This document shows positions 1 to 13,700 of a stretch of 64,000 bases of DNA, piece after piece. Origin of the DNA: Hypanus sabinus (Eukaryota); NCBI RefSeq assembly GCF_030144855.1, contig NC_082715.1, forward strand, positions 102,362,001-102,426,000, written 5' to 3'. How positions within the stretch are numbered: the first letter of the stretch is position 1; each line of letters begins with the position of its first letter. Position numbers and translations under genes: made by a program. The notes beneath the pieces were generated by a model, which did no database searches, was not told the DNA's origin, and was given only the letters and a program-made list of their open reading frames with translations.

Positions 1-327
1 AGATGCAGACTGCAATAACTGTGATTGGACTGCTTGGTAGCATTGCATTTCCTCCTACGCATTTCCGATTGCTTCTTTTTCGCCATGTCTGTACACCAAT
101 GCAAAACAGATGAACCAAATCGTCAAATCTACCTGCCGACATGTGAAATATTTGAAATATATTTCCTTGTCTATGTCTCTCACGAAAAAACTCAACACAG
201 TGGCATAGAAACCCCACCGCCGACTAGTGTTTTGGTGCATACCAATGTATGCTCACTATGGCGTAGAGCAACGCAGGTGAAAATCAGGGCTACGGCGTAG
301 CCCGTACGCATAAGTGTAAATCAGCCT
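1..327 (-). mobile_element. PIF/Harbinger non-autonomous element, partial and internally deleted
   Basis: TIR aggctgatttacactt at the right end; internal sequence is the reverse complement of parts of 5783-6399. Confidence 0.75.
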
Positions 328-369
328 GTAGCCCTTATGCACAAGTATGAAGCAGCCTTAAGGAGTGGA

Positions 370-1900
370 GAGGTGCAATAAATAGGAGAGGCGGAGTGGT
401 GAGACAGGAGCTGAGTTAATTTGGGGTTTGAAGGGGGGGTGAAAGATAATGAGCAGGTTGCTGCTGGCAGAGCAGGGGTGTGTGATGGAGTTGGGAAGAC
501 AGTGATAGGTGGGGGCAGACGAAAAGAAAAAAATATAAAAAGCAGATGGATTAGGATAGGGGAAGGTTGAAGGTTGGAGATGATTGTTTGAAGGCAATAA
601 GCAGGAACACAAAGGGCTCCCACTGCTGGAATCAAATAAATACAGGAGATGACAATGGGAACCACTAAGGGAGAAGCAGGCAGCTGAAACCAGAACCAGA
701 TACGAAAAGAGTGGAAGAAGCCAGTAGGGAAAACATATGTGTGGTGGGTAGATGGAAATAGGAAGGGAAGGAGTATATTTTATAGATATATATATGTGTT
801 TGTGTGTGTGTGTGTATAAAATGGCTGCTAAGGGGTATGGAGAGAATGGGACAAGGGGCCAAAAATGGAAGGACTGGAGGAAGATCAGTCTGGGTGGGGG
901 GGGGGGGGAGAAGAAACATCCACAGTTGCGAAGGGTTGCATAATGTGGAAAACTTAACATCCTTACCGGTGGGTTATAGACTATCCAGGAAGAATATCAG
1001 GTGTTGTTTCTATGAGGAATTCTCCCCTCCACTGGGTTTTAGAAGTTCAGAGGCAAGACATGCAAAAACATTTAACCATACGAACACCACTGATCTCCCT
1101 CCTGGCACTTATCCCTGCAAGAAAAGAAGTGCTACACCTGCCGATTCACCTCCTCCATTCAGTACCTATGCCTAAACAGTCCTTCCACCTAAGGGAACAC
1201 TTTGCCTGCAAGTCTGTTGGAGTCATCTTCTGTATTCAATGCTGCTGGTGTGGCCTCCTCTAAATTGTTGAGACCCAACATAGATTGAGGGATAGCTTTG
1301 TCAACCGCCTTCGCTCTGTTCACAACAAGTAGGATTTCCCGGTGGCCAACCACTTTAATTCCAATTCCCATTCCAATATGTCAGTCTATGGTTTCCTCTA
1401 CTGCCAAGATGAGACTACACTCAGACTGGAGGAGCAACCCCTCATATTTTGCCTGGGCAGCCTCCGACCTGAGGGCATGAATATCAACTTCTCTAACCAC
1501 TGCTAATTTCTACCTCCATTCACCCTTTTCAACTTCCTTTCCCTATTTTGGTTCTTACCCCTTCTGCTCTTACCCCTTCTCTTCATCTGCCTGTCACATC
1601 CCTCTGGTGCCCATCCCCCTTTCCTTTCTTCCACGGTCCAGTCTCCTGTCATCGGATCCTCCTTCTTCAGCTCTTTACCTTTCCTCCCAGCACACACTCC
1701 CTATCACACCCCCTCACCTGGCTTCAGCTATCACTTTCCGCTTGCATTCCTTTCCCTCTTACCCCACCCCCAACTTTTTATTCTGGTTTCTTCAACCCAC
1801 TTCCTTTCCAGTCCTGATGAAAGGTCTCGGTCCAAAATGTCAACTCTTTTATTCTATTTCATAGCTACAGCTTGACCTGCTGAATTCCTCCAGTATTTTG
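370..1900. mobile_element. Penelope-like element fragments: decayed minus copy about 370-1050, plus copy about 1060-1900 with GIY-YIG C-terminus and hammerhead-bearing tail
   Basis: GIY-YIG endonuclease remnant (ETQHRL, VANHFN, RLEEQ), pyrimidine-rich tail, gtcCTGATGA motif at 1811-1820. Confidence 0.75.
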
Positions 1901-2229
1901 TCTGTATAACCATGTGGACTCAATAGTTCTTGAACTGTTTGTGAAGGGTATCTTTCTGTTTGCACAATGGCCTTACAAAAAAAAACTTCTAAAGTCATTG
2001 CAAGGAAATAGGCATTCCTTTATTTTCTGTCTTATTGGTCGAACAAGTCTCTACAGAGACTGCATAATGAAAGAAAGGTTGCATATGTATGGAATGGAAG
2101 AAAGTGCATGAACGGCTACATGATGGAGTGATAAACAGAGTATGCAAAAGGAAAACAAGAGGGAACAGGAAAACATGAGGTGGCCTCCAACAGATGAGTG
2201 AAATGGGGAGGGAGGTTAAGTTGTTTTAA

Positions 2230-2612
2230 AGTTAACATGAAACATAGGAGCAGAATTAGGCCATTTGGCCCATTGAGTCTGCTCCGCCATTCAATCATGG
2301 CTAATCCTCTTTTCCCCCTCCTCAACCCCATTCCCCAGTCTTCTCTCCATAAATTTTGATGCTGTGTCTGTCAAGAACCTATCAATCTCTGCCTTAAATA
2401 CACCCAACAACCTGGCCTCCACAGCTTCCTGTGGTAATAATTTCTGCAAATACACCACCTCTAGCTAAATTTCTCCACATCTCTGTTTAAAATGGACGCC
2501 CCTCTATTCTGAGGCTGTGCTCTCTTGTCCTAGACTCCCCCACCATGGGAAACATCCTTTCCACATCTACTCTGAAAGGTTTCAATGAGATCCCTCTCAT
2601 CCTCCTGAATTC
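2230..2612 (-). mobile_element. CR1-clade LINE 3' fragment
   Basis: Reverse of a CR1 3' end (RMFPMVGESRTRGHSLRI-like); same family as 37600-38270. Confidence 0.75.
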
Positions 2613-3930
2613 CACATGGATGCGCATAGCTGAGATTGAGCACAGTTGACGTTTTGGGCTAAGACCCTTTAGCAGGACTGGAGAAAAAAATAATTGATTG
2701 TTTTATCCTTCCAGTTTATTTGTAGGAATTTGCAGAGAATTTCTCTAGTATCTCAGGAAGCTGATAATTAGTCCTGGTCTCTGATGCATATAGGAGGGCA
2801 AGAATTACTGCTGTCCAGTACAATATCAGTTTTGTACCAGATCCGAGCTTCAAATATCAATTTCCTTGATCAACCAAAGATTGTAATGGTACATTGAAGC
2901 AGTGGAGAATTTTATTGTCTGTGGCAGAGAGGTGAAATATAGAAAATGGAAAGTAGCCTACATTTTCCAAGGGCTAATGAACCTTTATTAGCATAGGGCA
3001 GTGTGGTGAAATAGGGGAGGTAGGAAGAGGGCCTTAGCCTTGCTGATGTTGAGTATAAGGCTCATCATCCTATGTTTTCTTGAGTTAATGATGTGTTAAA
3101 ACGGAGTACACACAAACTCTAGTGTACCGACATACTTCAGATGGACTACTGATTTCTGATAATAATGATTGTGAAGTGTCATTTTCATGGTTCTAACATT
3201 TTGCTCATACTTCTAAAAATTAGGCCTACTTCCATGTTAAGTTTTTGCCAGTGAGATACAAATGGAAAAATTCTGCACTAAAATGGTTCTGTTTAAGACT
3301 CTTGGTCAGTATCATGGTTTGCATACAATTATGGAACCATTATTTCTGTGAACATATCTGAATTTAAGGAGGGCATTCCATAAACCCTCCTGATTGATGG
3401 AGTCAAAAGCTTTAACGAGACTGAAGGAGACAACATATAATGTATGGAGCTGTCAACCAATATCAAATCTGTTGAGCATCTAGATGAATGAAAGCCACCT
3501 TGGGATACTGTGTGTTCATAGAGCCTAATATTCCTTGTTTGGATAATGTTTTAACTCAGCCGAGCTGGGGTGTTGGCCAAGACAGTCTTCATGAAATAGG
3601 GTGTCCATTATGACAAGGCTATGCTACTGATGTTTTGTTAAGAGAAGGAGCTCACTGGAATTAGTCATTCTCTGTCCTTTCTTTGCCAGTTACACATTGA
3701 CAGAAGGACATCTCTCCTCACCCATGTGTTACGGTCACCTAAGACAATCAGTTTTCTTCCTTTGCCATAATTTTACCAAAGCTAGAATGCAAATATTCCT
3801 TGATTCATATGAAAGTATTGGGGTTGGGATGGCTATGTTAATCAGTTTAGCACATTGAATCCTTTTTGAGAGAGGGATGAAGGTCATAAAGTGATTATTA
3901 GTTTTACTAAGATGCCAAAGAAGCTCTTGA

Positions 3931-4470
3931 TGACAAGCAAAATGCTGGAGGAACTCAGCAGACCAGACAGCATCTATAGAAAAAAATGTACAGTCCCCGT
4001 TTCGGGTGGGATCCTGTCAGCAAGACTGGAGGAAAAAAAAGCTGAGGAGTAGATTTAAAAGGTGGGAGGAGAGGGGAGAGAAACACAAGGTGATAGGTGA
4101 AATCTGGAGGGGGAAGGATGAAGTAAGGAGCTGGGAAATTTATTGGTGAAAAAGACAGAAGGCCATGGAAGAAATCAAAGGGGGGCAGAGCACCAGAGGG
4201 TGATGATGGTTGGGCTAGGAGATAAAGTGAGAGAGGGAAAAGGGGATGGGAAATGGTGAAAGAGGGGTGGAGGGTACTACTGGAAGTTAGAGAAATTAAT
4301 GTTCATGCCATCGAGTCGGAAGCTACCCAAATGGAATACAAGGTGTTGTTCCTCCAACATAAGTGTGGCCTCATCATGACAGTGGAAGAAGCTATGGTTG
4401 GACATATTGGAATGGGAATGGGAAGTGGAATTAAAATGGGTGGCCACTGGGAGATCCTGCTTTTTCTGGC
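3931..4470 (-). mobile_element. Penelope-like element 3' fragment
   Basis: ORF DLPVATHFNSTSHSHSNM...LEEQHLVFHLG...GMNINFSNF is a GIY-YIG C-terminus. Confidence 0.8.
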
Positions 4471-4967
4471 AGATGACAAAGCTTCCTCCATGAAAACAAC
4501 ATTCCTTCTCTGGATTGCCACCTGAGAATAGGGAATCTCCATTACCAGTCCTTCCCAAGTTACATTAGAGTTTCATTCCTAATAACTGTTTACAACCTGA
4601 AGAGTTTGCAAGCCAGAAATGTGGGCATAAACTGAGTTTCCACCTGCTAGAAGGTGCCTACAGCTTCACAGATCCACTCTGCTAAACTCCCAAATGCTCA
4701 CTCATATGTACGGATTGCACATACATGGGTCTTGTTCTTTAAAATGCCATTCCCTGTCTCATTCAGTGCAGTGATTTTAAAATGTCAGTATTCTTGCGCT
4801 ATTATATCAAAGCATCATTCATTAGTGTGCAGCTGGGCTAGTTCAGGAGGATCCTGATATTTCCAGTCCTTAACTTCATCTGGTGGAGTTGAATTCCCTT
4901 GGGAATTGTTTCTTTTAATGTAGCCATTACATACCAGCTACTCATGAGCTTCAGAGACCAAAGTCTT

Positions 4968-7165
4968 CAGAATTAGAATCAGGTTTGTTTATCACCGGCA
5001 TGTGTCGTGAGATTTGTTAACTTAGCAGCAGCAATTCAATGCAATACATAAAATAGAAATAAAGTAATAAAATAAGTAAATCAATTACAGTATACGCACA
5101 TAGATTAAAAATTGTTCAAAAATTATATTTAAAAAGTGGGGTAGTGTTCATGGGTTCAATGTCCATTAGGAATCGAATGGCAGAGGGGAAGAAGCTGTTC
5201 CTGAATCGCTGAGTGTGTGCCTTCCGTACCTCCTCCTTGTCATTATGTCGCATTTGGAATTTCCAGTTGGTGGACGATTTCCCTCCTGACACTTGTCGAT
5301 AACGTCGTTGTTCTGATCCTTTATTGAGACTGACATATTGGGAAATTGTGTACTCGGCAGGTTACAGCAGTAGTTGCCTTCTGCCGGTTCTTGGTAGATC
5401 ATCTGCCTGCAAAGCAACCATTGTCTTGCAAAGTTGTAGTTCTTCCGCCTCCCCCACCACTCTCCTGCGGGGTCCGCCATTGGCCATTGCTCGTAGCCCC
5501 GAGCAAGGGACCCTTACCAGGTGTTAACAGCTGGGTCAGCTGGACCTGGGGCGTTTCGCCGCGCCGTCCTCTGGGCTGGGTGTTGCGGCGGCTGGCAGCT
5601 GTGGTGGGAACAGCAGGGCCTGGGCTCTAAGTGGCTGCTGAGCCTGGGCATGGTGGCGAAGAGCTGCGAGCAGTCGAAGGCGGGCTCCTGGGAAAAAAAT
5701 AACAGGAAACACATTTTCGTCCTTAAGATCTTGTCCAACCCTCCTTTGGAAGAGACGTGTTCTCACAGTTCCCACTATGTTTGGACTGATTTATACTTCT
5801 GTGTAGGCTCTATGCCGTAGCCTACACAAATGGCTTAGGTCGTTGTGAGCATTTATACTTGTGTGTTGGAGTGTCTGCATTGCTCTGCAATTCACTGCCA
5901 AAACTCTAGTTGGCAGTGGGGTTTCTAAGCCACTATGTTGAGTTTCTTTGTTGACTTCAAACAATGGCGACTGAAACTGAGCGCATCATGTTGGAGTTGC
6001 TAATAAATGTTGAACAAGAGTCACTTTCATTGAAATTACTCCAACACAGAAAAGAGAGAAGACGTCGGAGGAGATGGTGTGTACGGCCATTGAACGGATT
6101 GAGGCAGAAGGAGGGTGAATTCTCTGTGCTTGTCCGGCCACTGAGAGACATGGACGAGGAAATGCATTTCAAATATTTTCAGATGTTGGAAGGTAGACTT
6201 GACGATTTGGTTCATCGTCTCCAACCATTTATTTCACATCAGTGTATGCACAGTATGCCTACAGCCAGGAGGAAATGTGATGCTACCAAGTGGACCAATT
6301 ATAGTTGTTGCAGTCTGCGTAGTTACGTTTTTGGGGAGGTGCAAGTTAGGCTTTGGCATGGGGTACGGCATAGATTCGACACAGATGTATAAATTGGCCT
6401 TTTCTCCCACCTCCATCTCCTCTGTCTACTGCCACTGTTGCTATCCCTACCTGATGGTAACAGTGAGAAAAGGGCATGCCTTGGGTGCTGGAGATCCTTA
6501 ATAATGGATGCTACCTTTCAGAGACACCGCTACTTGAAGATATCCTGGGTACTTAGTAGGCTAGAACACAAGATGGAGCTGACTAAATTTACAACCCTCT
6601 GCAGCTTCTGAGCTGTGCAGTACTGAGCTTCTCAGTCCTGTGCAGTGGCCCTTCCATACCAGACGGTGATGCAGCCTGTCAGAATGCTCTCCATGGTACA
6701 CCTACAGAAGTTTTTGAGTATATTTGTTGACATCAAATCTCTTCAAACTCCTGATGAAGTTTAGTTGCTGCTTTGCCTTCTTTATATCAATTTGTTGGGA
6801 CCAGGTTAGGTCCTCAGAGATCTTGACACCTAGGAACTTGAAACTGCTCACTCTCTCCACTTCTGGTCCCTCAATGAGAATTGGTATGTGTTCCTTTGTC
6901 TTACCTTTCCTGAAGTCCACAATCAGTTCTTTCCTCTTACTGATGTTGGGTGCTAGGTTGTTGCTGTGACACCACTCCACTAGTTGGCATATCTTGCTCC
7001 TGAACGCCTTCTCGACTCCATCTGAGATTCTACCAACTAAGGCTGTATTGCCAGCAAATTTACAGATGGTGTTTGAGCTATGCCTAGCCACACACTCATG
7101 TGTATATAGAGAGGAAAGCAGTGGGCTAAGACACACCTGAGGTGCACCAGTGTTGATCATCAGTG
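4968..7165 (-). mobile_element. Rex1/Babar-type LINE fragment, interrupted by an insert at about 5237-6445
   Basis: RT remnant NTGAPQ-CLSPLL-SLYTHEC...KFAGNT (decayed FADDT), SFKFLGV; (CTGATT)n-type tail. Confidence 0.8.
5783..6399 (+). mobile_element. PIF/Harbinger deletion derivative retaining the transposase N-terminus
   Basis: TIRs ggactgatttatacttctgtgt / acacagatgtataaattggcc; ORF RRRRWCVRP...GEF..L...D...F.YF.M is typical of the Harbinger transposase N-terminus. Confidence 0.8.
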
Positions 7166-7425
7166 TTACTGAAGATTCTCAAAACTTCCAGTAGAGTGCA
7201 ATGATGAATTTATTTCACAAAGGTCAAAATAAACTTTTATTACCAGCTTTTTGTCAGTGCCTCAATTGTTTTTGTAGTATCCTGACAGAGGAGATTTCAA
7301 AGAAATAAAAAACCTACTTCTGTCTTCTTTCAGAAAACACACTGCCACATTTAAAGTTTATGAAAAAGGGTTACACTTATTCAAAGTTAGGAAGTGAACA
7401 AACAGAATGGAATTCCAAGAGTAGC

Positions 7426-7431
7426 TTTATT
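7426..7431 (-). terminator. Candidate SLC18B1 polyadenylation signal AATAAA (alternatives at 7236-7241 and 7209-7214)
   Basis: tttatt on the plus strand about 280 nt after the stop codon. Confidence 0.4.
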
Positions 7432-7705
7432 TGTGATAGGCTGATTGTGGTGTGAAGGACATCAAATTACACTGGGAGAATGCACTTTTCATACTTCTAC
7501 ATCATAAAATGGTATTTCACATAGTACTTTGTAGCAGCAATGTAAAATATTTAAATTTAATTATCAAATAGAAGAAATAACAAACAATGTAAATAGTCCA
7601 AACACTTGTGAAGTTGCTCACTAAGTAGGTTTGTGGATATCCTAATAATTAAAAATTGATCTCCAGAAAGACTGTAGTGCATGTAAATATTCAAAGCTTC
7701 CACAT

Positions 7706-7760
7706 TCAATTTGATAATAGTTGCTTTGTTTCTTCTTCTGTGTTGCTTCCAGAATGTGAC
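7706..7760 (-). CDS. SLC18B1: SLC18B1 last coding exon (SHSGSNTEEETKQLLSN*)
   Basis: Acceptor tttttatgaag|; acidic-dileucine tail EEETKQLL resembles the mammalian EEERTTLL; stop TGA. Confidence 0.85.
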
Positions 7761-10700
7761 CTTCATAAAAACAAAAATCTACATCAAATTTCCTTCCAAG
7801 ACATTTCATTAAAGTGGGCTAGGAGAAAGACAATATCACAAAGAACTAATTAAAGCAAACATTTTATTGTTAAAACATTATTATAGGCAGATTATTTCTC
7901 TGATCCAAATGTTGATTATTTCCTAAAAAAAATGTGTGGAGCAACAAATATTTAAAACCAAAGAAAAACACATATTTCTGTGATCCGTTTTGGTTTTAAG
8001 GACCTGCTGAGTACCCACAAAGCAACTCAATTCTTTTTTGCTTCAAGGGAGTGCAAGACTGACCAACTTAAAGAACAGAGAAACATGGCTGGAGTGCATT
8101 TAATCAAGGTACGTGTAGAATAGTATGGAGTTACAGAAAATGTACATAGAAATGAAGACATGCAGATGATAAATTTCCAAGAAGATGCGTGATTTGAAGG
8201 TGGAGGTGTTTCTTATGTGGATTAATCATTATTTTGACCATTAATACTGAAGAAACAGCTGGAGTGCTTTTTAAAACTACAGCCATATTGCAGTCAATGG
8301 AGAGTGGATGAAACGTCCAACTGGCTGGAGTCACTAATGAAAATTGTTGAGGTTGATGAAAACCCAAATCAACTGTGTCCCAAACCAGAAATGCAGGAGC
8401 TCTTGCAAAAATTACAAATATTTAAAACAGACTTCCATACACATGCCAAAAGCAACACCTTAACAGTGTGAGAATCAAGCAAAGCATCTGGGAGGGAAAA
8501 CATTACACCTATATCTGTAGCAGTCTCTTCCCTTGTATGGGGAAATTCCTATTCTGAGCTGTTAACCATCTGCAGGTGAACACCCAGACTTACTGGTAAG
8601 AAATTTTCTGGATTCTCACAGAAAACAGAAAATTTATTCACTGGGATTAAGTACAGGATCAACAGTACAACAACTGTCAGCCTCAATTTCAAGAAACAGC
8701 TATTTTCAGTCATGTAACCTTTACCATGAACATGATTTTTTTTTACATTAGCCACTACTCACTCTTCTGACTGTTACCCAAAACTATCTGCTATAAAATA
8801 ATTCTCTTCCAACATTTCAATTGCACCTTCAGCCAAATTCCACTTGCATATAAACAAAGTTTATGGGCACAATCTTCAGAGTTTATGGGCAGTTAATGCT
8901 CCACCCAGTAAAGGCTCACATTATTAAAGTCTATTCTTTAAAACTTGATGTCTCTTATCTGCATACTGTGTAAATGTTTTATATATGTGAATATTAAAAT
9001 ATAGTACAAACCTTTTGCACACCTTTTCTATTATAAAGTACACACCCAATAATGTACCCTAAGAGAGAGAGAGAGAAAAACCATTATCCTGAGAGGAATT
9101 TGATACCTAATTTTAATTTTTTTTTAGAAATAGTACTGTATAATTATCATTACACTGATTTCTCTGTACATATTCAAAACATGTTTACTTACAAAGACAA
9201 ATGGAAAACCTCCTTGCACAGCTGCAGCCCACTCAAAATTTAATCTGTCATACAAGAATCCACCCAGTGTTGGTCCTATAAATGATCTGGTTTAAAAGAC
9301 AATGTTAGTTACTATCCAATATAGTAAAACATACCAAGGTAAATTTTACAATTCTTCACTCTCATAACTGGCCCTGGTTCAGTCCTTTAGCTATTTTGTT
9401 GTTGAAAGGTCTTCCTCCTGGTAGGACACAGTGTAAGGTACGAGAACTATTACTGCCTTGCCATTCAATGCTGATTACAAAGGTTACCACCAGCATTATT
9501 CAAATCTGCAAAGTGATAGGAACAACTTTTCAACAAATGAATGATACAATCAACTTAATATTGAGCCATAAAATCCTTGCTTCTTTACATTTGGATCCAG
9601 GGTTACAAAAGTAGCAGGAAGCTGTATAGTATTATTATTAATCCATGAGTTAAAGAAACCCAAAGCAACAAAATATATAGAGCCAGTATGTCTTGAATGC
9701 AGGCTTGTCAATGTACTCATTGCTGACTCCTACTTACCATCTCAAGCAGGGAAATTTGGGATGGGCATTAGATGTTGGTCATGCCAACAATGAGAAATTC
9801 CCACAAATGAACAAATAAAGATGGGTGCAAAAGAAATCTGCAGCAAGTACATCTGTCACAGTACACAATCTGCTGGTTAGCAAATTGATATGTCGCCATT
9901 ATTCTATTTCAGAATGAAGTACTCTTTTAGAAGTAAACTGCAAGATCTTCCCCAGCTCATTTTTTTAAAAACACCCAGCAGTCATAGGTCAAGATGTACT
10001 TATGAATAATCACACAACACTATCACATTCAAGACATTATGTTTCATATCCCTAGTTTCACTGATTTCTAGTACAGGAGGTAAATCAGCCTATCGGGAAT
10101 TACGTAATCAAGACTCTTCATTAGATTTCAAATGCCTAGAAGTGGATCTACTAGTGTCCAAATCGTGTTAGATTCTTTCCCCCATGATCTATACATGGAA
10201 ACTATCTCTGCTGTCCATACCAGCCCAGTTTTATATCCGAGACTGTGCTTTTTCATATGGGTTTCAGATATCTAAATCAACATGTAAATTTGCACCAGTT
10301 TTAGTAAAATAAAAACATTAAATTCAAGTCATGCTACTCATTAATACCTGCTTCTTAAAGGTGTTGCTGTCAATTTTGTATGTTTGTGTTTCTATGCTGT
10401 TGGATCACAGACTGACAAAACGTGGAACATAAAAGTATCATTTGTATGATTTGCAGACAGCTGCACAAAGTTCAGTCATGTTGAGTTAAAAGTTTAGAAT
10501 GGAAATTTAAATAGAAGAGCATTAAGAAACTCCACAATACACGTAGTTAACTAAGGAATTACTCATTCAAGGGTTTCTAAGTAGATAAGTACATACCCAA
10601 GACACCAAAACGCTCCAAATAATCCAGACACTAAACCTAAAGTGCCTAGTCCTTCTTCAAATCCATTTTCACTGAGCAAAAGAAAATCACCAGTATCAAT

Positions 10701-13700
10701 TATTATGTTGAAATCTCTTTCTAATGCTTTAGAATAGTTTCCTACCCATGTCCTATGCATTGTACAAGGGGTGATTGATAAGTTCGTGGCCTTAAGAAAA
10801 CCTAGCACATTTATTTTTCAACATAGTCCCCTCCTACATTTACACACTTAGTCCAGCAGTCGAGGAGCATACGGATTTTGGACCTCAGAAAGTGTCCACA
10901 GCAGGAGTGATTGATAAGTTTGTGGCCTAAGGTATAAGGAGATGAGTTATACAGCTCTCGCTACATGTGCATGCAGGTCAACTCTTTGAGTGATTATGCA
11001 GAAAGTTTGAAGTTAATAACCCATCAGGGTGATTGATAAGTTTGTTGCCTAAGGTAGAAGGAAATGAGTTATTAACTTTAAATGTTCTGCATTATTACTC
11101 AAAGAGCTGACCTGCATGTGCATGTAACGAGAGTTGTATAACTCATCTCCATCTACCTTAGGCCATGAACGTATCAATCACCCCTGCTGGGGACACTTTC
11201 TGGAGGTCCACGATCCGTATGCTCCACGACCGCTGGACTAAGTGTGTAAATGTGGGAGGGGACTATGTTGAAAAATAAATGTGCTAGGTTTTCTATAATT
11301 GACTCCTTCTACCTTAGGCCATAAACTTATCAATCACCCCTCGTATGAACCCCCTAGTGATCAGACATTGTGTTTGTCTTCTAAATCGTTCAGTTAAAAT
11401 TATCACACAACCAAATAAAAGAGCCCTACCTTCACTTTAAAAATAAATGAAGAGCAAAAATATAGATCATAACACTGAAAGTTCCAACAACATTTTGGTT
11501 ATTCATAAATAGTAGAACTATATTGTAATTAATTCATGTATATAGGTATATTTATTATCCAATTCAGAAATGTACAGAACCTCTGTGGAACAATTTATCT
11601 ACTTGATATTAAATTTGCATGGAAATAATTGAAGTCAGAACTTCGGGGAAATCAGCTTGGTTTTGGAATCAGTTGTGTTCCTGAAGGTCAAATGAGAGCC
11701 TGTGTCAATGCAAAGCTGAAACCATTAATGCAGGCATTAAACTTACAGAGCATGGTAACACAGACAATTTTAAAAGATAAATTTTCTTTTAAAGATAGAA
11801 AATTACACACAGAATTCAGATGGTGAAGTCTCGTGCACCTGTTAGTCTTGAGAGACCATGAATTTGTGCCTTGGAAAGTTTCCAGGGCACAAGCCTGGGC
11901 AGGGTTGTATGGAAGTCTCCCCTCTCCACGCCACCAACGTTGTCCAAGGCAAGGGCTGATACAGCTTGGCACTGGTGTCATCACAGAGCAATGTGTGGTT
12001 AAGTGCTTTGCTCAAGGACACAACACTCTGCCTTAGCTGAGGCTTGAACTAGCGACCCTCACTAGACCAACGCCTTAACCACTTGGCCATGCGACAACAC
12101 TGCCTCTGCTTTCAGTAAAATTATTTCAAACAATTTTAAAATGGCTTTAAAAGTGTACGGGTCTTTGTGCTGATGCCTTCACAAGCAAAGAAAAATATAC
12201 TACATCCTTTCTTAGCAAAGATTAAAAAAATATTGGTACTTACTAAGCACAGGTAATGATTTCTGGAAAAAGGGGAATGCCACACAAACTAAGTGAAAAC
12301 CCAGATATCACCAGCATTAAAATAAACAACCACAACTGGCTGCAAAGAAAGGAAATGAAATAAATCAGAAAGATTTTTAAATTAAATTTGTTGTCATACT
12401 TCATACCCAAAATAACTTGAAAGTGCATGCAAAATATCAAATTCCTACCTTCTGATCTGCACACAGAATGTAAGAAACACGAGCGTGTCAAAGGAGATCA
12501 GCCCCTGCAGCATCCCCTGCCACTCAAATAATTATGGCTAAATCCTGTCCTCACACCACTTTCCCTTTCTCTCCCCATTCCAGTCAACACCAGATCAAAT
12601 TTCTGTTTATTTCTGCCCTGAATATGTATGAATATATAAAAGAGCTCCTCTTTCACTAGATTACATTTTTCTGTTAGATCCCAATGAAAATAAAACAGAT
12701 AACCTTCCACTCTTTCCCAGTTCTGAAAAAGCATCCCTGATCCAAAATATTAACTGGTTTCTCTTTTCACAGATGCTACTTTAATGGCAGTGTTCTTCCA
12801 GTATTTGCTTTTGAATGGAAGTGGTAAATCCCTTGGGTATTCTAAAATTTGCCTTTTAGATCTAGATAATCTCTCCAGGAAAACACTCCCTTAATATTCA
12901 TTCTATTAGTCTCTCTCATTTGCTCATACTTTTCAATAAAATCACTTCTTATTCCTTTAAATTCCAAAAAGAAAAGAGTCGACCTGTTCAACCTCAGTTA
13001 ATACATCAATTCACCCAAGGAATCAAATTAGTGAAATTTATCTGCACCATTTCTAATGCACGTACAGCATATTTCTCAAGTTTGGAGTCCAGAACTTTAC
13101 ACAGTACTCCAGATATGGTGTTATCAGCTCTCTGTAAATCTGCTTTAATGTTTCCCTAAGTTTATACTCCAAATCCCTCCCAATAATGCCAACATTCCAT
13201 TAGTTTTCCTATTTACCTGCATTTCAATCCTTTGTTTCATGCACATAGATCCCTTTATAGAACAATGCTTAGTCTCTTCCTTTTTAATTATGTTTTTCAT
13301 TGTTCATTTTATAGTTATACTCTGCTAATTTCTTTCTCATTCTATTAACTTATCTGTATGCATTTGCAAGCTCTGTGTGTCCTCAACACAACTAGTGTAT
13401 CTATTACCTCTAGCCACTTGCTTTAAGAGCAATGATTCAGGAAAAGTCTTGGGCCTTCAGTCCTGTTACTTGGTATTTTTTTCTAATAATAGACTGCTTT
13501 GAGTTCCTCCCTTACTAGATTACCTTTCTCTGTTAGGTTGATTTTTTTGCGTCCACTACTATGAAGACTAATCCCAATCCCAAATAATCATTCGGAATCA
13601 CTGCCGTTCCCAAAATCATTCCCTTAGGGACCCACAACTGCCTCAGCTATGCTCTACCTTTGGAGATATCGAGAGAAGCTCTTACCATCTAATATTATTT

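Noticed and set aside
358-960. 200-aa ORF and overlapping ORFs
   Set aside because: Low-complexity translation of a purine/pyrimidine-biased Penelope tail and microsatellite.
5964-6392. 142-aa ORF as a domesticated HARBI1-like gene
   Set aside because: Only the transposase N-terminus is present, with no DDE catalytic region, and the ORF runs into the TIR.
10768-11340. Regularly recurring 30-40 bp motif that could suggest a CRISPR-like array
   Set aside because: Eukaryotic context; the repeats occur in both orientations and the 'spacers' are reverse complements of each other, so this is a foldback MITE.
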